DNA of 63,688 nt, counting the filler, from Octopus bimaculoides (taxonomy: Eukaryota): NCBI RefSeq assembly GCF_001194135.2. It is 5 parts of 5 records of this genome, joined end to end, with 100 filler letters (N's around TTAATTAATTAA, not from the genome) between each part and the next. Parts side by side here need not be neighbours in the genome. Positions count along the whole stretch, not along the records: positions 1 to 17,085 come from NC_068983.1; positions 17,186 to 28,818 come from NC_069006.1; 3 more parts are not named here. One strand, 5' to 3'. The notes under the pieces were generated by a model. It had not been told where the DNA came from, did not search any database, and was given only the letters and a program-made list of their open reading frames with translations. Position numbers and translations under genes: made by a program. Positions 13,956-25,797 of this stretch are shown piece after piece. Position 1 is the stretch's first letter. Each line of letters begins with the position of its first letter.

Positions 13956-16900
13956 CATATACATTCTTGCATTCACAAAATTGAAATTATTGATGCAACC
14001 AGATATACACTTGTAAACAGCATACAAATAGAAATATTGGCATATGTATACACATTTACACACATACACAGTCACACATATACACACTCATGCACACTCA
14101 CACACATGTACTCAGATATGCATGTGTAGGATGGATATATACTTATTAACAAAACTATACCCACACCCTGCACATACATGAATATATGTATGTGTATATA
14201 TGTGTGAGTGTGCGCACGTGACGTTTATGTTATATATATATATATATATTCTTCTATTCTTATATATATATATATATATATATATACATACATCGCCCTA
14301 TTTAGCTGTCATTTCTCTCTCTCTTTTTTGCTCTTGTATCACCTTATTTGCCTGATCTAGTGCTTTCATAACGTATCTCAATGAAAAACCATTTTTATTT
14401 AATTTTTAGACTATAAAATTATATAGATGTAGTTCAACTAAAACGCACTTAAAAATACATAGGCGAGAAGATGTGCATACTAAATAAGTATATCCTTATC
14501 TCTTTGTCTCTATCTGCAAGTGTATGATTTATGTTTGTCATGGCCGGGGGGTAAAAAAGGAAAAGAATTAAACATACATTCATATTCATCCAATTCAGCG
14601 CTGTGCAAAGAAAAGGCTTGATAAGAAGAAAAGATTAATGAATTTATGCACGCATCATATAAGGTAAGGTCGGGGCAAATAATATACTGTGTGGGTTTAG
14701 AGAGTTGAAATAAGCTTTCATGAATTTTACAATGAAAATGTGATTAAAACATAATACTCATACGGAAAAATATTTGCCCTTTCACGAGCACGTTTCTACG
14801 ATGTTTTATTAGGTAAGCGCTCAATGAAATATTATAAATTCAAATTTCATACGTGTATCATATTAAAAGCGAAATTTTGCTTAAACTAAATTAGTATTGA
14901 ATAAACAAAATATATTTAATCAATCTAGCCGTAAGATGCATGTCTTCGTAGCATACACCATGCATTCGCAAGTTCTCTTTTATAAATATCTATATAGTTG
15001 TGAGCAGATATCTCGGCTCTCCTACCTTTAACTCAGCGGAATATTTACAATGCAACAGCTGGAAGGAGAGAAGGTTTTAACCACCATTGGGCCGGTACGA
15101 ATTTTTGACTGGATAGTCTGGGGCAACAACAAATGCTGTCCTTTGCTCAGTAACATAATTCACAACGTGCTACTCGGTCAGGGAACCGAATCTCAATGAT
15201 ATAATCGTGTTACTAACACGCTATGCACTAGACCATACGACTTCGCATACAACCCAAGCTCACACACACACACACCCACCCACACACACACACACCCACA
15301 CCCACACACACACACACATACACATGAATATATGTACACAATTTAATATAGAGCACACAAATATAAATAGACACTCGGATATGATTAAGTTTTGCTTGTT
15401 GGTGCAACAAATTACATGTATAAGTGTTATCTTCATCAGAAGTCCCTAAGGTGAATTAGATAAAGTTCATGTCATGGATTACGAATATGCAGGGGCGTGG
15501 TTTGGATTCCGACTGAGGTGGATTTCAGTTATTAAAATGTCCACCTTTAGCTGTCGAATCTGCGAAAGAGAAATCTTCGATGCTAATTATATTAATTTAG
15601 TTTGGAACTGCCAGAGATTTTGTCTCAATTGGTCGACTTCTATAGAATACACTCCTTCAGAATATGCACAACTACAGTAGTAAGATCTCATTGGGAAATA
15701 TATATACTTATTAGATGACTGCATGCATGAATATGTCGCCTGAATGTTTTAAATTGACAAACACCAAAGTAGTCTATCTCAAATAAACAACCGGGGTATG
15801 GGCTCTTAATCTAAATTGTATACATTGGCAATACATGCACTAGGATAAAAACCTCGAGCGCAGAAAAGGGATGCGCACGCTCGTTAGGCATTTAAATGTT
15901 ACAAGACTCCTTGAAATTAACACTGAAGATGTTGCTTACCTCATCTGAAACGGCATTCCCGTTATTATTAAGTCAAATAAGTTATTTCGTAACTCAAGAC
16001 TAAAATACACTCATTTTTCCTGAAGATATCTAACAATATACTGATTATCGCATGTTTTAAAGTTATAATTATTGATGATTTTTAAATGTAGTTATATCGA
16101 AACATATATATGTATGTAGAATATCTTTATTTTTTTTGGATATTATTATGTTATCTTGTTGGTTGAGGCGTTTCCTTTTATACTTTTATAGGTATATTTT
16201 TTCATCATTTAATATGCGTTATTTTCCAAATAAAACAAATCCAGCATCTTTTCAATTTTTCTTCTCCATTTCCTTTTATTGACTTTTTAAATTATATATA
16301 TATAAATATTGTACACTAATACACAATGTTTTGTCTGTCTATTTGAATCATTGAAAAATATCCGGAAAGCTTTGATTACAAGAGACTACACCACGGAAGT
16401 TATCCAATTGTCAGGTTCTGGTGCTAAACTGGGTGACATTTTAAATCAACGACCCAATTAGGCTATGTCATGATTTGGACTCACAAAGTACCGGCACAAA
16501 TACCACAAGGCACCCACCCGTACAACGATCTTTATAGCACCATATGTTCAAATACTTTACCTTCGATTATAATTACTTTTATCGATTTCAAGAGATGAAA
16601 CGCAAAGTTGATCAGGGCAGAATTTGAACTTATGCTGCAGAAATTCGGAACACACACGGCAAAGCAATCAAGCCAACATTCTCAAAGCTATGCGAATTTG
16701 ACGCGTAGGTGCGGGCAAAATAATCCCCAATAACGAGGATGCCAGTGTATCATAAACTTTACTTGTGAGGTTCAGCAGTCAGATTCTTAATTGCGTGCTT
16801 TTCACACGGAGTCAATGCCACGCCGTGTCTCTGAATCGTACTATGACCTCATTGCTAAGGGTTGAACTTCCACTACCGAAACACACGCACACACATATAT

Positions 16901-17051
16901 ATATATCAACATATATGTATGTTTGTATGTGTATATGTATATATATATATACATATATAAATACATACACACAAACGTATATGTATTTATACATATATAG
17001 ATACACACATATATAGATTTCTATATACATACACACACACATATATATATA

Positions 17052-17085
<34 letters not shown>

Positions 17086-17129
17086 NNNNNNNNNNNNNNN
17101 NNNNNNNNNNNNNNNNNNNNNNNNNNNNN

Positions 17130-17141
17130 TTAATTAATTAA
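17130..17141. other. Artificial assembly linker TTAATTAATTAA inside an N-gap
   Basis: Identical 12-mer, with stop codons in all six frames, isolated by Ns; four occurrences in the window. Confidence 0.9.
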
Positions 17142-17185
17142 NNNNNNNNNNNNNNNNNNNNNNNNNNNNNNNNNNNNNNNNNNNN

Positions 17186-17226
<41 letters not shown>

Positions 17227-17715
17227 TCTGTGTGTGTGTGTGTGATGTTGAAAAAGTAGAACACTAATGCTGTTAAGCTTTTTACAAAAAAATGCCAAGC
17301 ATTCAACTCTGACACCAAATAAGAAGTGACTCCACAATGTAACACACACACATATACATACATACATTCAAAGTCAAAATAAAAAAGAAGGGGCTGGAGG
17401 AGCTACCCTTAATTTTCTTTCTATTTGTTTTCCTTTACAGAAAACTTAATTGAAGGAGCTACGGTTGCAGAAGGGAGCAGGCACACTAGATAATTTCCGA
17501 CTCTATTATACAGGGACGCCATATAAGTAAATATATGGCTGACAATAGCTTAACTGGGCGAAACTTCGAAGTCACTGTCAACAATATACTTGTTGAGGAA
17601 TTAATTTGTACTCAACAAAAGTACAGAGCAACCCCCTTCGATTAATATAAAATTGTTTTTATTATAACTGAACATAAAAACAAACATTAACACATGTGTA
17701 TGCGTATGCGCGTGC

Positions 17716-17756
<41 letters not shown>

Positions 17757-17844
17757 ATATATACACACACATGCGTGTGTATATATAAATATATGTGTAT
17801 ATCGAAGAGAGAGACATGTACATATGTACGAGTACACACACACA

Positions 17845-18060
17845 CCTTTCATCTATTACTTGTTTCAGTCATTAGACTGCGGCCATGCTGGGGCACCGCC
17901 TTGAACAATTTGCTTTGGGTCGAATGAGTCCACAGAAGTACTGGCTTTTTGTTAAGCCTACTACTTATTCTGTAGGTCTCACGTCTACACACACACACTA
18001 TGGATGTATATATGTATATATATATATACATATATATATATTTATTGTAAAAAGAAAATA
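17845..18060 (-). mobile_element. SINE family A, 3' part
   Basis: tacttgtttcagtcattagactgcggccatgctggggcaccgcc is the reverse complement of the family A tail. Confidence 0.75.
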
Positions 18061-18780
18061 TCAACAAAACCGAAACACAGGACGGGACACAGGGTGAGAG
18101 GAGAAAGAGAGAAGACGATCTTGGGCTTACCTTGGCATGACACAAGGAATGGCGGAAGACGGTGACAAGGCGGATATTAAAAACACAAACATAAATATAC
18201 CCCATCCAACACACGTTCAGGGTGCCATTTGTTTCTCGAACTCATAACAGTTGAAACTATTCTAAATTAGAGCAACTACAATGGAATTTAAGCTTCAAAT
18301 ATATCCCAACTACATTATTTCACATGCCGTGGGTGGTGTTTGTTTGGACGGGGGTACAAACCTCCACGAGACTCTGGGGTTTGTTGGTTCGCCACCAGCC
18401 AATACCCTGGGGAAGGGGATGAAAATGGCGATCACGGGGGTATACCCCAGTTTATAGTCATAAATATACAACGATATTACACACACACATCCCGGACGAG
18501 CCCCGATGTAATATCCATTCCTTTATTTTTACTGAAGTTGCCCCAGCATGACCACAACCTTAAGGCTGAAACGAATAATATATACACAAATATCTACTAT
18601 ATACATACACGATATATTTATATCACACACACATACACACAAAGGCGTGTGTGGATATGTATGTGTATGTATGTATGTATATGTGTATGTATACACACAC
18701 ATATATATATGTATATACATACGTATATATATATATATATATATATATACATACGTATATATATATATATATATATATAC

Positions 18781-18976
18781 ATCATCATCGTCGTTTAACG
18801 TCCGCTTTCCATGCTGGCATGGGTTGAACGATTTGACTGAGGACTGGTGAGCTAGAGGCTGCACCAGGCTCAATCTGATTTGGTAGAGTTTCTACAGCTG
18901 GATGCCCTTCCTAATGCCAACCACTCCGAGAGTGTAGTGGGTGCTTTTACGTGTCACCGGCACGAAGGCCAGTCAG
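18781..18976 (-). mobile_element. Retroposon 3' end with (GAT)n tail (RTE-related tail)
   Basis: Reverse strand: ggttggcattaggaagggcatccagctgtagaaa..gcatggaaagcggacgttaaacgacgatgatgat. Confidence 0.7.
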
Positions 18977-19315
18977 TAATTGCTATGTATAAACATTATA
19001 TATACATATAAGTTATACCTGAACATTATATGCATCATCACCATTGCTTTGAGGTAATTTTTTCCATGTTTGCATTGGTCAAGCGAAATGTGAGCAGATG
19101 ATCTATAACAGGGTGCCCTTTCTGTCGCCAACACTCGTTTATTTGCTTGTTTCTCAGTAAGATATTTCCCGAAGTCTTTCGAACACGAACAGAGGCTGGA
19201 CATGTTTTCATGGATGATTTCAAATAAAAGACACCGATTGTATGACAGTGACATTTGATTACACACTCAGCCTGCAATTTTGAGACAGAAACACAAAACA
19301 CTCACACGTATGTGT

Positions 19316-19384
<69 letters not shown>

Positions 19385-19440
19385 TGAATGTACCAATTAC
19401 AGAAAGTGTTTGCGTATATATAAATTCACAATACATGCAT

Positions 19441-19475
<35 letters not shown>

Positions 19476-20878
19476 CACGTATGTGTATACTATATACGCA
19501 CATATATACAGGCATACATACATACATAAAACACGCATATATACGTACTATATATATATATATATATAACGTAAGATCGCCTATATATATACATACATAC
19601 ATACATACATACACACACATACTATATATAGAAATATATATACGTGCTATATATATGCACGGATATATACGTACAAAAAATGCATGCATATTTGAACGCA
19701 TATATACGTACGATGTACGCACGCATATATGCATACAATATATATACACGCATTAATATATCTATATATATATTACGTTTATTTTATTCCAAGAGGTCAG
19801 CATCTTTCAACCTGTGTTGCATCACTCTTTCAATAGTCTGATGGTGGTGGTGGTGGTGGTGGAGGGAGAAGAGAGAGGGGGAGGGGGTGAAAGACCGACT
19901 CATCTTTTTGACTCTCTCAAAAGGCACGGATCAACAAGTTCTTCTTCCTCCCTCCTGCTTTTCGTTTTTAAAAATATTTCATTTTTTTTCTAAAGCTGTC
20001 GATATTAGCATTTCGTTTCACTACAAGCTCAAAATCAACATCGTCTTCACTAGAATTATACGAACTAATAACAGTAGTAGTAGCAGCAACAATAGTAGTT
20101 GTAGTAGCAGTAGTGTTAATTTAGTAGTAGTAGGGGGTGGTTGAAGGAATAAGGTATGTTTTAGTTGTGTGTGGTGCAGTCCGTGTTGAGAATAACAGAT
20201 CGGGCAGGATCTGTCTATAAAGTTATTGGGATTTTCTTCGTTTATTTATTCGTTTAATCTTTGCTGAATTCCACGCAAAAGATAGGATATAACATAATAT
20301 AACGATGCAAAACACACAGAATAAAGGATTTTGACCATGAATACACAAAAATCGGGAGCTACTAAATACGTATTGCAGGATAATAATTAAAAAATAAAGA
20401 AAGAAAGCATATGAACTGCGCCAGTATCAGGGAGCAAAAAGAAAATATCTTCTCTTAAGTTTGTCACATCCCTATAAGAATTTCAGGGTATATTTGCACG
20501 GGGAAAAGTTTTTCAAAAAAAATGGTAATAAATCTAACTGTTTGATACAAAAGATCTAAGTGAATATATATATGCGCGTGTGTATGTGATTTTATATTTA
20601 TATNNNNNNNNNNNNNNNNNNNNNNNNNNNNNNNNNNNNNNNNNNNNNNNNNNNNNNNNNNNNNNNNNNNNNNNNNNNNNNNNNNNNNNNNNNNNNNNNN
20701 NNNNNNNNNNNNNNNNNNNNNNNNNNNNNNNNNNNNNNNNNNNNNNNNNNNNNNNNNNNNNNNNNNNNNNNNNNNNNNNNNNNNNNNNNNNNNNNNNNNN
20801 NNNNNNNNNNNNNNNNNNNNNNNNNNNNNNNNNNNNNNNNNNNNNNNNNNNNNNNNNNNNNNNNNNNNNNNNNNNNNN

Positions 20879-20923
<45 letters not shown>

Positions 20924-21268
20924 GAAATGTGTGCATGTGAAAAGTATGCTGTCCACAAGATTTTGGGATTATATTAATCTGCAAACCGTGCAGTAGATAT
21001 ATCTATCTCCATCTACAAAAGCATCAGCAGGCCGTAAAATTGTGCAGTACAGTGCATATAGAGTGAACGGGTGGGATGGTGGTAGATCGCTGGATGCAAT
21101 AAGACGACGACGACGACAAGTAGTAAGCTTACTACTAGAACACACAGATTGGGGGGAAAACATCATCGCAGTGTGTGTGCGACAAGGGAAGGCATTGAGA
21201 AATAATGCAACCGTTTCACTGGTTGTTATTGGGGTTAAGGGATTGTTATATATATTCTTTTTGCTTAC

Positions 21269-21430
21269 CTCAGTATCACGTATTTCCTTTTGAGTAATTT
21301 GTTCATTGGGGGCACACTGGGTGCGAAGGCCGTACAAATGTTTGGCTGTGAAGTCTATCATACTCTGAACTGTGCTGCAGGTCTGGATGGCGTGTTCAAC
21401 AGACCACTCCTGCCCTGATTCGCAAGACAT
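21269..21430 (-). CDS. KSR: Kinase suppressor of Ras (KSR1/2-like), coding exon 1 (N-terminal CC-SAM/CA1 region)
   Basis: Translates MSCESGQEWSVEHAIQTCSTVQSMIDFTAKHLYGLRTQCAPNEQITQKEIRDTE (54 codons), then the donor GAG|GTAAGC. Matches the vertebrate KSR2 N-terminus as I recall it (..[41 protein letters not shown]). ATG context is cgaaaATG. Downstream exons not found in window. Confidence 0.9.
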
Positions 21431-21771
21431 TTTCGATCTCTAAGCTTCAACATGCCATAGCAGTATTCTCTGAGGGATAATCTCAGTTCACTGTTGTGAA
21501 AGAAGTCATGTTGGTCGGCGGAAAGCCCGTAAAAACAAGTGATTAACACCGAGTGCAGGCTGACAAAAACTCTGCACAGATCAAATACGCCATGTTGAAA
21601 TTGTCACTTCTCGCGAGAACGTGTTGCGCCACTTAAACGAGACTTACCAAAGTTTTACCGGGAAAATCGTGATCACAGCTTCAACACCAAGCACCTTGTA
21701 TATTTACGTCTGTCTCCTCTCTTTTGCATCCTTATTTAGTCGATCCGTAACTATATTTTTTTAAATATAAC
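21431..21771. promoter_or_regulatory. Compact bidirectional promoter/5' leader region shared by KSR (-) and RFC5 (+)
   Basis: 341 bp between divergent ATGs, CpG-richer than the flanks. Contains palindrome TTCTCGCGAGAA (21608-21619), YY1-like CGCCATGTT (21588-21596), and E2F-like GGCGGAAA (21517-21524) and CCGGGAAAA (21658-21666). Confidence 0.7.
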
Positions 21772-21809
21772 ATGGACGGAGGCAACAAGGAAAAATCAAA
21801 CCTTCCATG
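21772..21809 (+). CDS. RFC5: RFC5 coding exon 1 (MDGGNKEKSNLP+TG)
   Basis: ATG at 21772; ends CCA TG|gtaaat. Joining to exon 2 restores the RFC box II motif LPWIEKYRP. Confidence 0.92.
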
Positions 21810-22439
21810 GTAAATATATTTCCCTCGTGTCTTACTTATAATGTGTAAATTATGTTTATATATATCCAATGTTGCGAGGTTTCTAATTTGAAAACATTAG
21901 CATGTGATCGTCAACTATTCCATATTTCTAATGTTAACATCATATTTTATTTACCTGAACCTTGTTAAAACACTTCTATGGGATGATTAGGATTATAAAT
22001 TTATTGAAGTTTAATTGGCAAAACGACAGAGCGAAACTATCAGTTTATTTTATAACGTTTATCGTTTTCAATTCTCGTATCAGTCATTTTGGCGATTTAT
22101 TAGTTTTGGCTACGTATATACTATTATGCATGTAGTCGTCCACTAAAAGAAGAAATAACCTTATATTCCAACAAAATAAACCAATATTTATAGAAATTGG
22201 AACTACGTATACTCGAGTGCCCGTGTATTTTAACCATCAATTTGACCCAAGAATGTGGTATCTGGTATTGCAGACCAAGTTTTCACATTTTCGTTAAGTG
22301 TAGCTATAGGTATCGAGTTAGAATGGGTACCAAGCTGTTATTTATTTATTTTACTTGTTTGATCTGCAAGAAGGAGTTTGTTCATTATTTTTGTTGGCCC
22401 TCCACAACTGGAGGAAACCCACACGGTTAATGTTAATTT

Positions 22440-23100
22440 TGAATAGATGCAAATTGACGATCGCTGCAGATTAAGACTTCCAGATGGCGACCCTGGGAAG
22501 TAAGGCGTGGGCGAAGTTGTTAGTGTTGAGAGGTTGTGGTGGACCCAGTTTGGATGATGAGGGGAGAAAGGAAGGGTATGAGTCCGAAGTACCTGAGTGA
22601 AGGTAACAAAACTAGGTAGCTTCGGGGTGCCATGGCTAATGTAATAGCGGTGAAAAACAACAGAGTGGATAGAACACGTCTGTTGAGAAGCAACTTCATA
22701 CCAATTAGTCGGGTGACCCCTTTTTCTTGTAGTCTGGAATTTGAGTGCATATGTCAGTAGCAGCATCGCCCCAGTTGTGTGAGCTGTCACCAATGGTAAA
22801 GTTCTATTTGAGCTTTGTAGAAGGTTTGGGCTGAAAGTTAATTGTTTCTGACCTTGAAGAGGGAGGTCAGTCTTTGTCCTATTATGAAGATATGCAATCA
22901 CCAGGGAAGAGGTCCTCAGTGATGGTAACCTTGCAGGGTTCTAGCTGCATATTATTGAAGGGTCGTGGATGGGTTCTGATATTGTGAACGCTGACATGAT
23001 CTCCACATTTTGAGGGCTGTTCGTGACGTCAGTGCAGGTTGGAAAGGGTTTAAGTTGTATTTGGACAATGCTTGCTTGGTTGTGGAAGATTGAGCAGGAA
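22440..23100 (-). mobile_element. Possible highly decayed APE-type LINE fragment in RFC5 intron 1
   Basis: GC-richer block; weak endonuclease-like remnants (FTIGDSSHNWG, compare IxGDFNAHxxxWG; later ..NW..). Confidence 0.3.
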
Positions 23101-23304
23101 CAGAGTGATACCATCTGCAATAGGGGTGGGCTTTGTTAGGGATAACAGTATGTAGGTCGCTGGCGAGTAGCTAGAAAGTTAAAAGATAAAACCGAACACC
23201 TAGGTAGGTCTATGACTCATCAATTCAAGAGTTCCTTTCTGATTGTGCTGTGGCCAGATCCACCATCCATTGCCAGTTCATCAGGCCTGTTGTGACTTAT
23301 TTTT

Positions 23305-23445
23305 GCTAGGTAACTTAGCGGTTTGGCAAAAGCGACCGATAAAATAAGTACTAGGCTTCCAAAGAATAAGTCCTGGGGTCGATTTGCTCAACTAAAGGCG
23401 GTGCTCCAGCATGGCCACAGTCAAATGACTGAAACAAGTAAAAGA
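23305..23445 (+). mobile_element. SINE family A, 3' part
   Basis: gtaacttagcggtttggcaaaagcgaccgat..ggtgctccagcatggccacagtcaaatgactgaaacaagtaaaagag. Confidence 0.85.
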
Positions 23446-23678
23446 GTATGTTTGCACTCACACTCTCACTCACTCTCATGCACACACTCACTCACACACA
23501 CACACACATATCCATACATGTGCTCTCTCTCTTACTCTTACAACCCCTCTCATACGCACCCCTCTTATGTACACACATGCACACACACACACATACACAC
23601 ACAAAGTGGGAGAAATGTTTGGAAACCTTTCATTGGTTTATTGATGTATTTTCTTTCTTTCTTTCTTTCTTTCTTCAG

Positions 23679-23743
23679 GATTGAAAAATACCGCCCCCAA
23701 AACCTTGAGGAATTGATTTCTCATAATGACATTATTAATACAA
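23679..23743 (+). CDS. RFC5: RFC5 coding exon 2 (W-IEKYRPQNLEELISHNDIINT)
   Basis: ttcag| acceptor after a pyrimidine tract, |gtaagt donor; 65 nt; phases match neighbouring exons. Confidence 0.97.
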
Positions 23744-23799
23744 GTAAGTGCTGCTTTCCTTAACCCTTGTCTTACCATTTTTCTGTCGAAATACACTGC

Positions 23800-23950
23800 T
23801 CTTCTTTCAACTGGTTTTGGAAAATAATGTCCAAGTGGTTTTGGGTTCAAATCCTTTGCTTAACACATTGGTCACATGTCTTCTGTTGTTTGAGGCTGAC
23901 CAAATCCTTATCTGTGGATTTGGTTGATGGAAACTGAAAGAAGCCTGTCA
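23800..23950 (+). mobile_element. SINE family A, decayed 5' part
   Basis: gggttcaaatcc..tgaccaaatcctt..ggatttggttgatggaaactgaaagaagcc. Confidence 0.65.
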
Positions 23951-24485
23951 CATTTTTGTCCAGATACATTTTGGTCACACCTTGTATGTAGTAGTAGTAG
24001 TAGTAGTAGTTGCAGTGATGAGAAATAAACAAACTCTAGGTTAGTCCAAATATGTTTGTGACCTATTTTAACTTCTAAAGACAGCCACTAATGTATTTGT
24101 TCTGACCAGGCAATCTGCGACTGTTCCATTATAAAGCTACAGCTTTCCAACCAGCTCAGGGTTATCTCTATTTGGTGTCTCCTATTAAGGAAAAATAAAG
24201 AGCCAGAAATGTATCTAAGAGTCTATCAGAAGGCTGCACAGGTGCCGCTGAATGTCTTTAGCATAATAAGGGGCAAGAAAAGCAAGGGAGACAACCCAAA
24301 TATTTTAACCTGCAGAATGTGCAATACTAAAGACTATTGTTTTTAGTTGTCGCAGCACATCGGCTTATGTTATTTATTTATTTGATTATAGCAGTTCGTT
24401 AGCAATGTATTATCGTTTGATTAAAAAACAAAAAACATTTAATTTGGCTTCCTTTTTTTTATTATTAATTTTTTTTTTTTTTCAG

Positions 24486-24622
24486 TCAAGAAATTTGTCA
24501 ATGAAGATCGTCTACCTCATTTACTTTTTTATGGTCCTCCTGGTACAGGAAAAACCAGCACTATCCTTGCAGTTGCCAAACAGATTTATTCCCCTAAGGA
24601 GTTCAATTCAATGGTCCTTGAG
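24486..24622 (+). CDS. RFC5: RFC5 coding exon 3 (Walker A GPPGTGKT)
   Basis: [46 protein letters not shown]; ttcag| acceptor; non-canonical donor GAG|gcaagt; 137 nt. Confidence 0.96.
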
Positions 24623-24831
24623 GCAAGTCATATATTTCACTAGGCCACAAGCCTTCACATATTAATATAAACAATTCCTCAAGAGTTTTGAATTTCATTT
24701 TAGGTGCTGGATCTTAAACAACTTCTTTACCTCTTTATTTTCCAATCAGCTTTAAGTAATTTGAATTGTTGTGTTCTGTTCCCGTTTGTGGCCCCAGCTG
24801 GTGACTATTGTATGTTTTGTTGTATTTGCAG
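24623..24831 (+). other. GC-AG intron, RFC5 intron 3
   Basis: GAG|GCAAGT donor is required to keep the conserved MVLE-LNASD frame; 209 nt. Confidence 0.88.
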
Positions 24832-24911
24832 TTGAATGCCTCTGATGACCGTGGTATCGGAATTGTGCGAGAAAATATTCTAAGTTTTGCCAGTACAAGA
24901 ACAATTTTCAA
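24832..24911 (+). CDS. RFC5: RFC5 coding exon 4 (LNASDDRGIGIVRENILSFASTRTIF)
   Basis: ttgcag| acceptor, |gtatgt donor; 80 nt; RFC ELNASD motif. Confidence 0.97.
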
Positions 24912-24980
24912 GTATGTTACTTCTTTTGTGGTGGTTTGTTGTTGTTGTAGTTGTTGTTGATGGTGGTGGTGGTTGTTGTT

Positions 24981-25100
24981 TTTCAGCCATGTTGATAGTT
25001 GAGTGATGATATTTCCAAGTACACCAATTACTATTGGTATCACGTCTACTTTCTTCATTGACCACAACTATCTTATGTCCCACTTCAAATTGTCATATAG
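24981..25100 (-). mobile_element. RLE-type non-LTR fragment in RFC5 intron 4
   Basis: YDNLKWDIR*LWSMKKVDVIPIVIGVLG..LSTWLK is the typical C-terminal RLE motif of R4/Dong-like elements. Confidence 0.7.
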
Positions 25101-25104
25101 GTAG

Positions 25105-25460
25105 AGGTGTGGATGTGTTGTAAGAAGCTTGCTTCTCAACTACTTAGTTCTGGGTTCAGTCCCACTGCATGGAACCTTGGGCAAATGGCTTCTACTATAG
25201 CCTTGAACTGACCAAAGCCTTGTGAGTGGATTTGGTAGACAGAAACTGAAAGAAACCCATCATGTATGTGTGCACACATGTCTGTATCTGGATTGGGCAC
25301 TGCATTGTGTTCTTGAGCAAAACACTTCATTTCATGTTTCTGCAGTTCACTTAGCTGGCAAAGATGAGTAATCCTGTGACACACTGGCGTCCTGTTCAAG
25401 TGAGGAATTTATACTCCATGGAAACCAGGAAACCAGCGCTTATGAGTCGGTATGACTTGA
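25105..25460 (+). mobile_element. Adjacent SINE fragments: family A 5' half, then family C central domain
   Basis: aagaagcttgcttctcaac..gggttcagtcccactgc..; then tgtgttcttgagcaaaacacttcatttca..cttagctggcaaagatgagta. Confidence 0.7.
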
Positions 25461-25556
25461 GGAAGAAACTAAAAAAAAAAAAAAAAATTTAATAAAAATG
25501 TATTCCAAACATATTTACACTGATTGAAAAAAGAATTTGTTTTATTTCTGTTACAG

Positions 25557-25630
25557 GTCAGGCTTTAAGTTGGTCATTTTAGATGAAGCAGATGCCATGA
25601 CACGAGATGCTCAGAACGCACTTAGAAGAG
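25557..25630 (+). CDS. RFC5: RFC5 coding exon 5 (Walker B DEAD)
   Basis: K-SGFKLVILDEADAMTRDAQNALRR; ttacag| acceptor, |gtaaat donor; 74 nt. Confidence 0.97.
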
Positions 25631-25797
25631 GTAAATTAGCAAATATTTACTAACAGTCCACCCTGCTGGGTGCTTTCCTCAAAAGCTCTTTTCCAGCATG
25701 GAAAGTGGAAATAAAAACGATGATGACATATGTATGTATATAGATAGAGACACAGATACATACATATATATTTATATATAATACATACATACAATAT

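Noticed and set aside
15939-16022. Minus-strand exon-like segment (ttcag|..gag|gtaagc) in KSR intron 1
   Set aside because: Stops in all three frames; not KSR-like.
18131-18200. Minus-strand donor ccaag|gtaagc as an alternative KSR exon
   Set aside because: No acceptor, no supported start and no KSR similarity.
23755-23764. TTTCCTTAAC U12-like branch motif in RFC5 intron 2
   Set aside because: Lies 11 nt after a U2 donor with no nearby AG.
24614-24622. Alternative GT donor ATG|GTCCTT for exon 3
   Set aside because: Poor U2 consensus and would delete the conserved VLE residues.
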